From positions 1-64,000 of IMG/VR virus record IMGVR_UViG_3300010885_020237: a stretch of DNA of 64,000 nt. One strand, 5' to 3'. Below the pieces are notes generated by a model that was not told the origin of the DNA, did not search any database, and saw only the letters and a program-made list of their open reading frames with translations. Shown piece after piece: positions 27,623 to 36,416 of the stretch. The DNA is from a virus. Each line of letters opens with the position of its first letter. The stretch's first letter is position 1. Both the position numbers and the translations under genes were made by a program.

Positions 27623-28510
27623 TTAATCTTTGTAGTAGGCTTTAAAGTCTCTAAAATCACCCCACTCGCGACTTGAATCTATATCACTAGCTTTTAAACT
27701 TGATTTAGGCATATTTCTTGCTACGTTCCAAAACCAATCTCCTTCTTTTCCGTGCTGTTTCATAATTTCCCATCCTTTGGCATCGTAAGTCTGAATACAG
27801 TCAAATGGAGGCGTAATTCTAGCGGGTTTTAAAAATGCTTTATCGTAAGTATAAAACTTAGCTCTACCTAATTCACCGTCTTGGATATTTCTAGCAACGG
27901 CAACTGCGTTGAATTGCGTTTTTGGTAATGCTATTTGCAGTGTTCTACTTAATACTCCAGTAGAAAATACACTCCACATCGTATTAATATCTAGATCTTT
28001 TAAAGCATCGTAAAATATTCTTACTCCACCAGCTACTACAGATTCGTGTTTAAGTCCAAATGGTAGATATTTTGCGCCTACTCTTTCTGCGAATTGTTCT
28101 GCCCATATATTAGCTGTTGGCATCGCTGGGATTTTTACAAAAAGAGGAATTCCTCCATATTCTATTGCAGTTAGTTGATGTTCTGATGCTTCTTTAGATG
28201 CTGGCATAACTAAATATAGTTTCTTATTGTATTTTCTTGCCAAGTGACATAGAGAGAAAGGGGCGAATCCAGTTCTTGGCGCTACGTATACCATTGCGTC
28301 CTCTTTTACTTGAGATATAAAAAAGTCGGCCATTTTAGCTTTACTTCCGTAAGTATCTACACCGTCATCGATTATATTAAATCCATCAATAACTTTTTTT
28401 GTAAATTTAAAATCGTGTTTATAGTCTTTAGTCATCTCTAAATAGTAATCTAAATTTCTACCATTTGAGAGATCTAAATTAGAGGTATCAGTTGCTTTAT
28501 TTAAATACAT
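27623..28510 (-). CDS. PLP-dependent fold-type II (cysteine synthase/TrpB-like) enzyme
   Basis: GSKAK (Schiff-base Lys candidate), VYVAPRTGFA, LPFGL.H, STGVLSR, YDAKGW, FWNVA. Confidence 0.7.
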   Translation of the reverse strand: MYLNKATDTSNLDLSNGRNLDYYLEMTKDYKHDFKFTKKVIDGFNIIDDGVDTYGSKAKMADFFISQVKEDAMVYVAPRTGFAPFSLCHLARKYNKKLYLVMPASKEASEHQLTAIEYGGIPLFVKIPAMPTANIWAEQFAERVGAKYLPFGLKHESVVAGGVRIFYDALKDLDINTMWSVFSTGVLSRTLQIALPKTQFNAVAVARNIQDGELGRAKFYTYDKAFLKPARITPPFDCIQTYDAKGWEIMKQHGKEGDWFWNVARNMPKSSLKASDIDSSREWGDFRDFKAYYKD

Positions 28511-29445
28511 TATAATATTTCATTTAAGAATGGATAATATTTTGGGCGTAAGTGAACTGACTGTTTCATTTCTAAAATATCTAACATTTTAGTGCCATCT
28601 TCATCAATCCATTCTTCTGGCCATTGAATAGTCTTTAGTCCTGATTCATTCATTATTTTATTTGCAATTTCTCTTACTTCCATTCTTTCAGCTCTGGTTC
28701 CAAAGAATTTCTGTTTCTTATAGAGTCCAGTTCCAGGAATTTTTCTACTCTCGTGTTCTACTGGAAGTAGATTAACTAAGGTCGCATCTTTTAATTGCTT
28801 CGCAAACTCTACGTATCTTGTAAATAGATCTATAGTTGCCGCTTTTGGATCAGGCTGTCTCATTAAATGAAAACGTAAATCGATATTACCAAAATATAAA
28901 GTAACTTCATCAAATTTACTATTAATCTGTTCTACTGATTCTCTTTTCAAGAATCCATGTAAAGTTCTACCTGCAGTAAAATCTAAAGTATGTTCAGGTT
29001 TCCATACGGATAACGCGTGTGAATCGCCAATAATTGCTTTTCTACTTACTAATCCATGAGATAAAAACGTATTATACCAAGGGATATGATTAACGTCTGG
29101 ATATTGCACATCTGGGATCTTTAGTCTTTGATTGAATTTGTTAAAATCAAATAGACAATCTGACTGTCTTAACTCTCCTTTAAAATCTGAAATTGCTTTC
29201 ATCTTTTCATAGTGGATGGGTTGTGGACCACCAGGAACATTAAAAGATCCAGCAACAAAATTAACTCCTTCACATATATAAAGCAGATCGTAATTCCCCC
29301 ACATCGCCGGCGGAGGATTTACGTCTACAGTATCGTGAGGATGATTATTCCATAACATTCTTGTGGCGATTAGTCCATACCCTCCTCCTTGAGAATTAAG
29401 AGTGGAACCCACATTTCCCATTATCGATATTAATCCTACTAACAT
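28510..29445 (-). CDS. hypothetical protein with SGNH-like C-terminal domain
   Basis: IIGDSH, YFGNIDLRFH, SVHL. Confidence 0.55.
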   Translation of the reverse strand: MLVGLISIMGNVGSTLNSQGGGYGLIATRMLWNNHPHDTVDVNPPPAMWGNYDLLYICEGVNFVAGSFNVPGGPQPIHYEKMKAISDFKGELRQSDCLFDFNKFNQRLKIPDVQYPDVNHIPWYNTFLSHGLVSRKAIIGDSHALSVWKPEHTLDFTAGRTLHGFLKRESVEQINSKFDEVTLYFGNIDLRFHLMRQPDPKAATIDLFTRYVEFAKQLKDATLVNLLPVEHESRKIPGTGLYKKQKFFGTRAERMEVREIANKIMNESGLKTIQWPEEWIDEDGTKMLDILEMKQSVHLRPKYYPFLNEIL

Positions 29446-29471
29446 AAACTTTATTTTTATTTATTTTTAAA

Positions 29472-31115
29472 TTACATTCCCATCATTCCAGCCATTGGAT
29501 CTGCTGCTGCTTCGCTTTTATCTTTCTTTTCAAAGATAACTGATTCAGTTGTCAATATTGTTCCTGCTACAGAGGCTGCGTTCTTTAATGCAGTAATAAC
29601 CACTTTAGTTGGATCAATTAAACCTTCTTCAATAGCATCAACTACTTTACCTGCTTTAGCATCGTAAGTAGCATCAGGATTTGGAGAAGTCATTATTTCT
29701 TGAGCAATCTCGTACCAATTTTCAATACCAGAATTAGAAAGAATTTTCTTAAATGGAGCTTCGGCAGCTTTAATAATAATGTTGTATGCGATATCTTCAG
29801 CGCCAACTCTGTTATTACTCTTTAATTTTTGAGCTGCTCTATATAAAGCTATTCCACCTCCTGGTACAATACCATCAGCTAATGCTGCTTTTGTTGCATA
29901 TAAAGCATCTTCAACTCGGTCTTTCTTTTCTTTGATTTCAATATCAGAATTTCCTCCTACATTAATGATAGCAACTCCGCCGATTAATTTACCAAGTCTT
30001 TCTTGTAACTTTTCTTTTTCGTAGAAAGAAGTGGCTTTTTCAATCTGTTCTTTGATTTCTTCAGCTCTTTTTTCAATTGCTTCTTGATCCCCTTTACCAT
30101 CTACAATTGTAGTCTCTTCTTTAGATACTGTAGCCATTCTAGCGGTACCTAAAAACTGAGCCAATTGCGTAGGAACTAATTTATCTAATTTGTGTCCTTT
30201 GTCTTTTGAAATTACTTGACCTCCAGTAAGAATTGCAATATCTTCTAAGATTAAGGTTTTTCTTTCTCCGAAGTCTGGTGCTTTAACAGCTACAACTTGA
30301 ACGATACCTCTCATCTTATTAACAATAAGAGTAGCTAATGCTTCATCTCCAAAATCTTCAGCGATGATTAGTAAAGGCTTGCTTTCTGAATTGGCTTTAG
30401 TTAAAACTTGCAGTAATTCTTGAGCAGTAGAGATTCTACCGTCGTATAACATTACATAAGGATTCTCTAATCCAGCTTGCATCGTTGTGTTGTTGGTTAC
30501 AAAATAAGGAGATTTATATCCTCTATCGAATTGCATACCTTCAACAATTTCTAAACTGGTTTCTCCTGTTTTAGATTCTTCAATGGTTACTACACCTTCA
30601 CGACCAACTTTTTCAATAGCAGTTGCAATTAAGTTACCAATCTCTTCATCGTTATTTCCAGAGATGGTTGCTACTTGCTTGATTTGAGCTTGAGAAGATA
30701 CATCTTCTGATTTGCTTTTAACCTCTTTAATAATCTCTTCTACTGCTTCATCGATAGCAATTTTAATTTCTACAGCGTTAGTACCTTGACGAATGTTTTT
30801 TAAACCTTCTTCAACGATAGCAGTTGCTAATAGAGTAGAAGTGGTAGTTCCATCACCTGCTTCATTAGCAGATTTGATACTTACTTCTTTTACAAGTTGT
30901 GCACCTAAATCTTCGATATCGTCTTCCAATTTATGAAATGCTTTTGCAACTGTAACTCCATCTTTAGTAACTTTTACTTCTCCGCTTTGTTCTTTGATTA
31001 GAACTGTTCTACCACCTGGTCCTAATGTAGAGGATACAGATTGATTTAATTTTTGAATTCCTAATAATAACTTTTCTTTTAAGTCAGTACCGAATGCGTT
31101 TTGCGTTGTACTCAT
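29472..31115 (-). CDS. groL: chaperonin GroEL
   Basis: [42 protein letters not shown] tail. Confidence 0.98.
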   Translation of the reverse strand: MSTTQNAFGTDLKEKLLLGIQKLNQSVSSTLGPGGRTVLIKEQSGEVKVTKDGVTVAKAFHKLEDDIEDLGAQLVKEVSIKSANEAGDGTTTSTLLATAIVEEGLKNIRQGTNAVEIKIAIDEAVEEIIKEVKSKSEDVSSQAQIKQVATISGNNDEEIGNLIATAIEKVGREGVVTIEESKTGETSLEIVEGMQFDRGYKSPYFVTNNTTMQAGLENPYVMLYDGRISTAQELLQVLTKANSESKPLLIIAEDFGDEALATLIVNKMRGIVQVVAVKAPDFGERKTLILEDIAILTGGQVISKDKGHKLDKLVPTQLAQFLGTARMATVSKEETTIVDGKGDQEAIEKRAEEIKEQIEKATSFYEKEKLQERLGKLIGGVAIINVGGNSDIEIKEKKDRVEDALYATKAALADGIVPGGGIALYRAAQKLKSNNRVGAEDIAYNIIIKAAEAPFKKILSNSGIENWYEIAQEIMTSPNPDATYDAKAGKVVDAIEEGLIDPTKVVITALKNAASVAGTILTTESVIFEKKDKSEAAADPMAGMMGM

Positions 31116-31129
31116 AGTCTTTATTTAGT

Positions 31130-31423
31130 TTAGTTTACCACAGCTAATACGTCTGTGTCTTTTGTTAAGAAATAGTCTTCTCCTTCTATTGTGATTTTCA
31201 TTGAACCCATTTTAGGGATCAAAACTTTTTGTCCAACTTGTAAGCTAGATTCTACTTGTGTGTCTGTGTGCCAGTTATAGGTTTTACTTACTGCTACTAC
31301 TTCACCCATTTCAGGACGTTCTTTGCCCAAGTCAGGTAATACGATATTTCCATAGGTTTGTTCTTGTTCTTCGATTGGTTTCAAAACTAGAAAACCATTC
31401 ATCGGTTGTAATTTTTGACTCAT
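31130..31423 (-). CDS. groS: co-chaperonin GroES
   Basis: LQPM, GNIVLPD, GEVVAV, DVLAVV. Confidence 0.95.
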   Translation of the reverse strand: MSQKLQPMNGFLVLKPIEEQEQTYGNIVLPDLGKERPEMGEVVAVSKTYNWHTDTQVESSLQVGQKVLIPKMGSMKITIEGEDYFLTKDTDVLAVVN

Positions 31424-31432
31424 TTTTATTTT

Positions 31433-31639
31433 TTATGATTGTGGTAATAATTCTGTCTCTATTTCTAGTTCATGTATCTTTTCACAGAAATACATTAAGT
31501 TTTCTCGTTTGAATACATAATCGCTATAAAGTAATTCTTTAGCTAAATCAACATTCTTAATTGATTCCTCTTTAAACACTCGTTTAATTAGAAACAGATC
31601 TTCGTTTACTTTAATAAAGTTTTTACAGATTGAAAACAT
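31433..31639 (-). CDS. hypothetical protein
   Basis: 68 aa ORF in operon. Confidence 0.6.
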   Translation of the reverse strand: MFSICKNFIKVNEDLFLIKRVFKEESIKNVDLAKELLYSDYVFKRENLMYFCEKIHELEIETELLPQS

Positions 31640-31644
31640 AACTT

Positions 31645-32168
31645 AGATACTTGGTAGGACTTACTTAGTCTTTTAATAATTGTTTCGGTGTCTTGATTTG
31701 GATTTGTTTTACTGCCTGTCCTTCAGCTGTAGGAATAGTTAATATTAATAATCCTTTGTCTAACGAAGCTTCTAACTTATTTAGATCAAATTTAGGGGCA
31801 ATTTTCCATGTAAGGTTAAAAGAAGATCTTTTAATTCCTCTATAAATTGAGGTGTCTTGATTTTCGTACTCAGGTTTTTCATACGTAATACGTAGTTCGT
31901 CTCCTTCAACTAGGATACTGATATCAGACTTATTAATACCTACTGCGGCTACTTCAAATCGAATGCCGTCTTTTGTTTCGTAAATGTCTACTGGGTGTGT
32001 TACTTTCTGCGTTATTGCAGAGAAATGTGATTGTGCGTCAAATAGATCCTTCCATAATAGGTCAAACGTTGGATCAAATGTTCTAAATGTCATAATTTTA
32101 GTTTTTGTGTTCCCTCTTGGGTGAACGATTTAATAATTGGTTCATAACTAAAGGCCTACCAAGTACCT
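31645..32168. repeat. 18-bp imperfect inverted repeat enclosing hsp20 (31645-31662 / 32151-32168)
   Basis: agatacttggtaggactt / aaggcctaccaagtacct; 11-bp perfect core. Confidence 0.75.
31665..32093 (-). CDS. small heat shock protein Hsp20
   Basis: PVDIYE, YRGIKRSSF, ASLDKGLLILTIP. Confidence 0.92.
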   Translation of the reverse strand: MTFRTFDPTFDLLWKDLFDAQSHFSAITQKVTHPVDIYETKDGIRFEVAAVGINKSDISILVEGDELRITYEKPEYENQDTSIYRGIKRSSFNLTWKIAPKFDLNKLEASLDKGLLILTIPTAEGQAVKQIQIKTPKQLLKD

Positions 32169-32217
32169 TATTTTCTATAAATATACAAACTTTATGTTTG
32201 ATAAAGAAATTTAAATT

Positions 32218-32883
32218 TTAGGTGTAGTTCCATTTATATCCTCCTGATATTCTATTGTTTTTGATAGCCACGTGAATATTAGAATTGTTTACACCGATAA
32301 AATCTGCAGCTTTTTTTAGCGATTGAAATGTACTAATTATCTCCATCGTATCTTTATTAAGCATATTCACACTTTTTATATTATGAGCAAGTTTTCCGAC
32401 TTTAGATTCTCTTAATCTTCTTATACCGTCTTCTGTCATATTATGAGGTTTTCTTAGTTTCTGTTTTTGTTCCTCTGTTCTTTTTTGACCTTTAACAGCT
32501 AAGCCTACTTTTGCAGCATGTTCTTTACTTTTTTTCTTTCCTTTTAACGCTTTAGATATTGCTTTAGAGTGAGCTAGTCTGGCTTCTTCATAACATCTTG
32601 AAGATATTATAATCCAATGTTCTTTAGGCGTTGATCCTCTACCATTACACATTCTCCAAAAAGAAAAAGCTCTAGATTGAATATTTTCATCTAATCTATA
32701 TAAAAGCCAATGCGCAATAAAATGCTCTCTTGCTGTTAATCTAACTATATTTTCTTCAATATCTAACCCATTTTCTGATTTAGGCTTTATATGATGCCTT
32801 TCGAAGTAAGGTAAAGTTTTATATTCTCTATTTTTAGCTTTATCAATTAGGTTATCGTAATGTTTTCTGTAATCCACTTTCAT
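32218..32883 (-). CDS. free-standing HNH homing endonuclease with NUMOD-type C-terminus
   Basis: ERHHIKPKS..G....N.V.LTAREHFIAHWLL; F.SLKKAA..IG; SGGYKW. Confidence 0.88.
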   Translation of the reverse strand: MKVDYRKHYDNLIDKAKNREYKTLPYFERHHIKPKSENGLDIEENIVRLTAREHFIAHWLLYRLDENIQSRAFSFWRMCNGRGSTPKEHWIIISSRCYEEARLAHSKAISKALKGKKKSKEHAAKVGLAVKGQKRTEEQKQKLRKPHNMTEDGIRRLRESKVGKLAHNIKSVNMLNKDTMEIISTFQSLKKAADFIGVNNSNIHVAIKNNRISGGYKWNYT

Positions 32884-32918
32884 AATAAATATGTAGATTG
32901 GATGTTTTTAGCATTACT

Positions 32919-35231
32919 CTAATGTCCTTCAAGCCAGTTTTTGGCTAAAGATGGTACAGCAATTAATGGGACGTCCAATTTGGTTGTATTCTCCATTTTA
33001 TCCTGTATAATAGCTGCGGCTTCTGCTGCTCTTTCATATTCTACTTCTATGATTAACTGATCGTGGATTTGCGCGCAGACCCAACCTTTAATGCCTTTTG
33101 CGATAAACTCTCTATTTATATGTATAGCTGCTCTATTTACTATAGATGCAGCTAAACCTTGTATTTGTACATTACAGCTATTATTTAGTCCATTTTTATA
33201 GTCTCTATATAATTTAGTTATTTGATCTTCTCCAAATTCATAAGATAGTTGTTTTTTTATATTCCAATCTAATAAAGAATCCCCTAATTCAGCATATATT
33301 TCTTTTACTTTAGGCAAGTGTCTTATTCTACCTACTTGAGTTTTTATATAACCAAATTCTTTTACATATTTAACTGAATTCTCCATCCATTTTTTTAATT
33401 TTGGAAATCCATTTAAATAACCGTCTACTAATTTTTTAGCATCTTTAGTAGGAATATCTAAATTTTTACCTAAAGCATACGGTGACATTCCATAAGGAAT
33501 ACCTAGAGCATAGGCTTTTGCTTTATTTCTAATTTTTGGTTTGTGTTTTCTTAAAAAATTATCAGCTTTTTTATCTGGAGAATAGTCGTATAATTTTTCT
33601 GTTTGAATAGCTATTGTACAATAGAAATCCCATCCATTTTTAAAGATATCGATTAATCCTATATCACCTGAGACATGTGCAAATACACTCGGCTCTAGAG
33701 AAGAGTAATCATCATCGACAAATATATTGTGTTCATCAGGAATAAAAAATGCTCTAACTCTATTATTATACTCTAATACAATTGGATCATCATCGCCTTC
33801 TTCTTTTGGTCTAGGTAACTGTTGAGCATCAGATCCGTAGCGGCCAGAAACTGTACCATGTTGTTTGTAACTAAAATAGTAACGGCCATCTTCTTGAGCG
33901 TCTAAGAATCTTTCCACATAAGTAGATTTAATCTTTAATAATTTATTATAGATTCTTAAGTTTCTTGCCCATTCTTCTGTATCTCCAATTAATTGGATCA
34001 TGTCATCATCAAATTGTGGCTTTCCACCTTTTGTAGTAGATAATGCTTTTATGCCCAAAGCTTTGAATGCAATTTCACCTAATTGATCTTTAGACTGTAT
34101 GTTAAACCAATTACCGTCATTAGATTCTTTCCATAGTTTTAATTGTATTTTTACAATTTGATCCTTATCAAGCATTTGAGCATCACCGTGAAGTAAGAAC
34201 TGTTTTACTGCGCTATCTGGGATTCTTAAAATATTTGCATTAGCTATATTGTACTTACCACTTTTCTCTGACTTTGGAAAGTCTATACCGCTTTGATTGA
34301 TTAATTCTATGGCAAATGTTCCTCTATTGTTTGCGGGGAATTCCTGCGCCGCTTTTAACATGATCCAGTTCTTTACTTCAGCGTAACTAAGTAACTGATC
34401 CATAACCTTAGTTCTGTGATCCTCTAGAGCTTGTGTAACTTCTTCTTTTGTTCTACGAATAAGATCCATATCCAATTTAACACCTATACTTTCCATTGGA
34501 ATGGTTACCTCTTTGTAAAGTGGCATTACTTCATCTTCAAAAAAGAAGGCTTCTAATCCCTGATCGTAAAGGTCTTTTATAAAGTGATTGTATACTCTAA
34601 GTGTTAAATCTGTATCTGCTGCAGCATATTCGGCTAATATGTTAATATCAGCTTTCCATATCTCGTAATTTTCTCTTGTAACAGAACCACCATTTTCTTT
34701 GATCGATGATTTTAGCGCAAGCTGCTCTTCATTGGCAGCTTTTTCTATATCAAGTCCAAGTTCTGTTTGAATCATTTTAGCAATACTTTTTAATCCAAAT
34801 GGAGAATTGGATCCAAATCCAGCTCCTTCTTCATTTACAGTATGAACTAATAACATTGTATCAGCGTGTAAGGAATCTAACAAATCAATGCCGTAAAAAC
34901 ACTTAATAAATCTGCCATCGAAAGAAAAATTATGAGCGATTAATTTTTTACCATGAAGTAAATTAAGTATTTTTTTAGCTATATCATGACATGATACGCC
35001 GTCTACAGTATTTTCTATAAGAGAATTTGATTCTTTATCATATAATAGTGTAGGCAAATAATATCCATAGCCCTCTATTGCTGATATAGACAGACCTATT
35101 ATTTTTCCTTTTCTAGGATTTAAACTGTTAGTTTCAGTGTCTATTGATATTATGTCATAACTTTTTATATGGTCAACTAGATTTTTGATATCTTCTTTTG
35201 TTGAAACATGTACATACTTTTTATTTATCAT
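32919..35231 (-). CDS. polA: family A DNA polymerase with 3'-5' exonuclease
   Basis: DTET, AHNFSFD, YAAAD; GTVSGR; motif A DYSSLE, motif B RNKAKAYALGIPYG, motif C QIHDQ. Confidence 0.95.
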   Translation of the reverse strand: MINKKYVHVSTKEDIKNLVDHIKSYDIISIDTETNSLNPRKGKIIGLSISAIEGYGYYLPTLLYDKESNSLIENTVDGVSCHDIAKKILNLLHGKKLIAHNFSFDGRFIKCFYGIDLLDSLHADTMLLVHTVNEEGAGFGSNSPFGLKSIAKMIQTELGLDIEKAANEEQLALKSSIKENGGSVTRENYEIWKADINILAEYAAADTDLTLRVYNHFIKDLYDQGLEAFFFEDEVMPLYKEVTIPMESIGVKLDMDLIRRTKEEVTQALEDHRTKVMDQLLSYAEVKNWIMLKAAQEFPANNRGTFAIELINQSGIDFPKSEKSGKYNIANANILRIPDSAVKQFLLHGDAQMLDKDQIVKIQLKLWKESNDGNWFNIQSKDQLGEIAFKALGIKALSTTKGGKPQFDDDMIQLIGDTEEWARNLRIYNKLLKIKSTYVERFLDAQEDGRYYFSYKQHGTVSGRYGSDAQQLPRPKEEGDDDPIVLEYNNRVRAFFIPDEHNIFVDDDYSSLEPSVFAHVSGDIGLIDIFKNGWDFYCTIAIQTEKLYDYSPDKKADNFLRKHKPKIRNKAKAYALGIPYGMSPYALGKNLDIPTKDAKKLVDGYLNGFPKLKKWMENSVKYVKEFGYIKTQVGRIRHLPKVKEIYAELGDSLLDWNIKKQLSYEFGEDQITKLYRDYKNGLNNSCNVQIQGLAASIVNRAAIHINREFIAKGIKGWVCAQIHDQLIIEVEYERAAEAAAIIQDKMENTTKLDVPLIAVPSLAKNWLEGH

Positions 35232-35865
35232 AAATGAATTTTACCTTTATTTTATTTTTATTCCACGTAGAAATTGTAGCTGACGATCTATTAAAAAATT
35301 CAGCTGCATCTTGTATAGTTAAGAAAACAGTGCCAGATTCTATACACAGTACTTTTTGCGCTCTACCATTAGAGGATCCTGATATCTTTTTGGATTGAGT
35401 GATCTTTCTTTCATTAGTCCATAAATCCTGAAATTTTTTCTTATAATCAGCTGTTGCATATTTTATTTTTAATTTATCGCCTAATTCACGAGCGATTTTT
35501 TTATCTTTCATAGGATTATGAAATCTCATAAATTGTGATTGTTCTGGTCTTTTTTTACCAAACATTATACATTTGTCTCCCGATCCAGATCCACTTGCTG
35601 ATGCACATTGCATTGAGTAATATGGCTTTTTAAAAAGTTTATCCAATAAAAGCTGCTCTTGTAAATACGCCTCTTCTCTAGTTGCATATTCATTTAATAT
35701 TTCGTATTCAAACATATTATATTTTAAATACGCTCTTTGCATTATAGAATTTCCATGTGTACCTTTAGTTAATTCTCGAAAATGATCTTTCATTCTCCTT
35801 TTTAAATTATTAGTAGATCCAATTTGTTTCCATGGACCTATTTTAATTTGATATACTACATTCAT
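35221..35865 (-). CDS. GIY-YIG-like homing endonuclease with NUMOD1/HTH C-terminus
   Basis: VVYQI...QIGST.NLKRR..H...L..G.H.N; VLCIESG.VF.TIQDAA. Start moved to MNVVY (35865) by analogy with the 43485 leader. Confidence 0.75.
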   Translation of the reverse strand: MNVVYQIKIGPWKQIGSTNNLKRRMKDHFRELTKGTHGNSIMQRAYLKYNMFEYEILNEYATREEAYLQEQLLLDKLFKKPYYSMQCASASGSGSGDKCIMFGKKRPEQSQFMRFHNPMKDKKIARELGDKLKIKYATADYKKKFQDLWTNERKITQSKKISGSSNGRAQKVLCIESGTVFLTIQDAAEFFNRSSATISTWNKNKIKVKFIYDK

Positions 35866-35969
35866 AAAATAAAAATGGTTCAAAAAAACAAAGGAGCTCT
35901 AACCTTCCTAAGTTTAAATGAACCAATAAGTTTATAACAGATAACTAGTTAGAGTAGTTTCTATCCATT
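35866..35969 (-). ncRNA. kissing-loop 5' leader RNA, copy A
   Basis: P1 GATA-GAA-ACTA[CTCTAAC]TAGT-TATC; P2 GGTTCA..AGGAAG[GTTAGAG]CTCCT..TGAACC; loops exactly complementary. Confidence 0.75.
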
Positions 35970-35984
35970 ATAAATATGCAATCT

Positions 35985-36173
35985 CTATTCTTTTTTACTG
36001 TATGGAAATAATTCGTTTAATTTATCCTGTCTTCTTTTACAACCGCAATCTTCTTCTCCTAGCGCTTTAGCTATTTTATCTGCTAATACATCTATTTTTA
36101 GCGCATGAGTTATTTTTGCGATAGTATCACCTAGACCTTTAGGTTCTAAATTATCTTCATCATTTTTTTTCAT
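35985..36173 (-). CDS. conserved small phage protein (GLGD/CGC motif)
   Basis: KGLGDTIAKIT...DCGCKRRQDKLN; probable start 36173. Confidence 0.7.
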   Translation of the reverse strand: MKKNDEDNLEPKGLGDTIAKITHALKIDVLADKIAKALGEEDCGCKRRQDKLNELFPYSKKE

Positions 36174-36366
36174 CTTCAATTTGCTTTTTGGCAATAACTT
36201 CACCAAATTTAGTACTAATTGCAATGGTTATAATACCCATTTGTTGCCACATTGATTCTAAATCTTTTTTAAGTTTATTAATTAACCTAAATTGATATAC
36301 TTGCATCACCATTAATAAGGTAATAATAAGCAAGTAAAAATTCTCGAGTGTAATATTAATTGTCAT
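36160..36366 (-). CDS. small membrane protein
   Basis: TM FYLLIITLLMVMQV; start MTINIT. Confidence 0.6.
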   Translation of the reverse strand: MTINITLENFYLLIITLLMVMQVYQFRLINKLKKDLESMWQQMGIITIAISTKFGEVIAKKQIEDEKK

Positions 36367-36416
36367 AACCAAATATAAACTTTAATTTTGTAATTTTATT
36401 ATTTTAATTTTATGTA

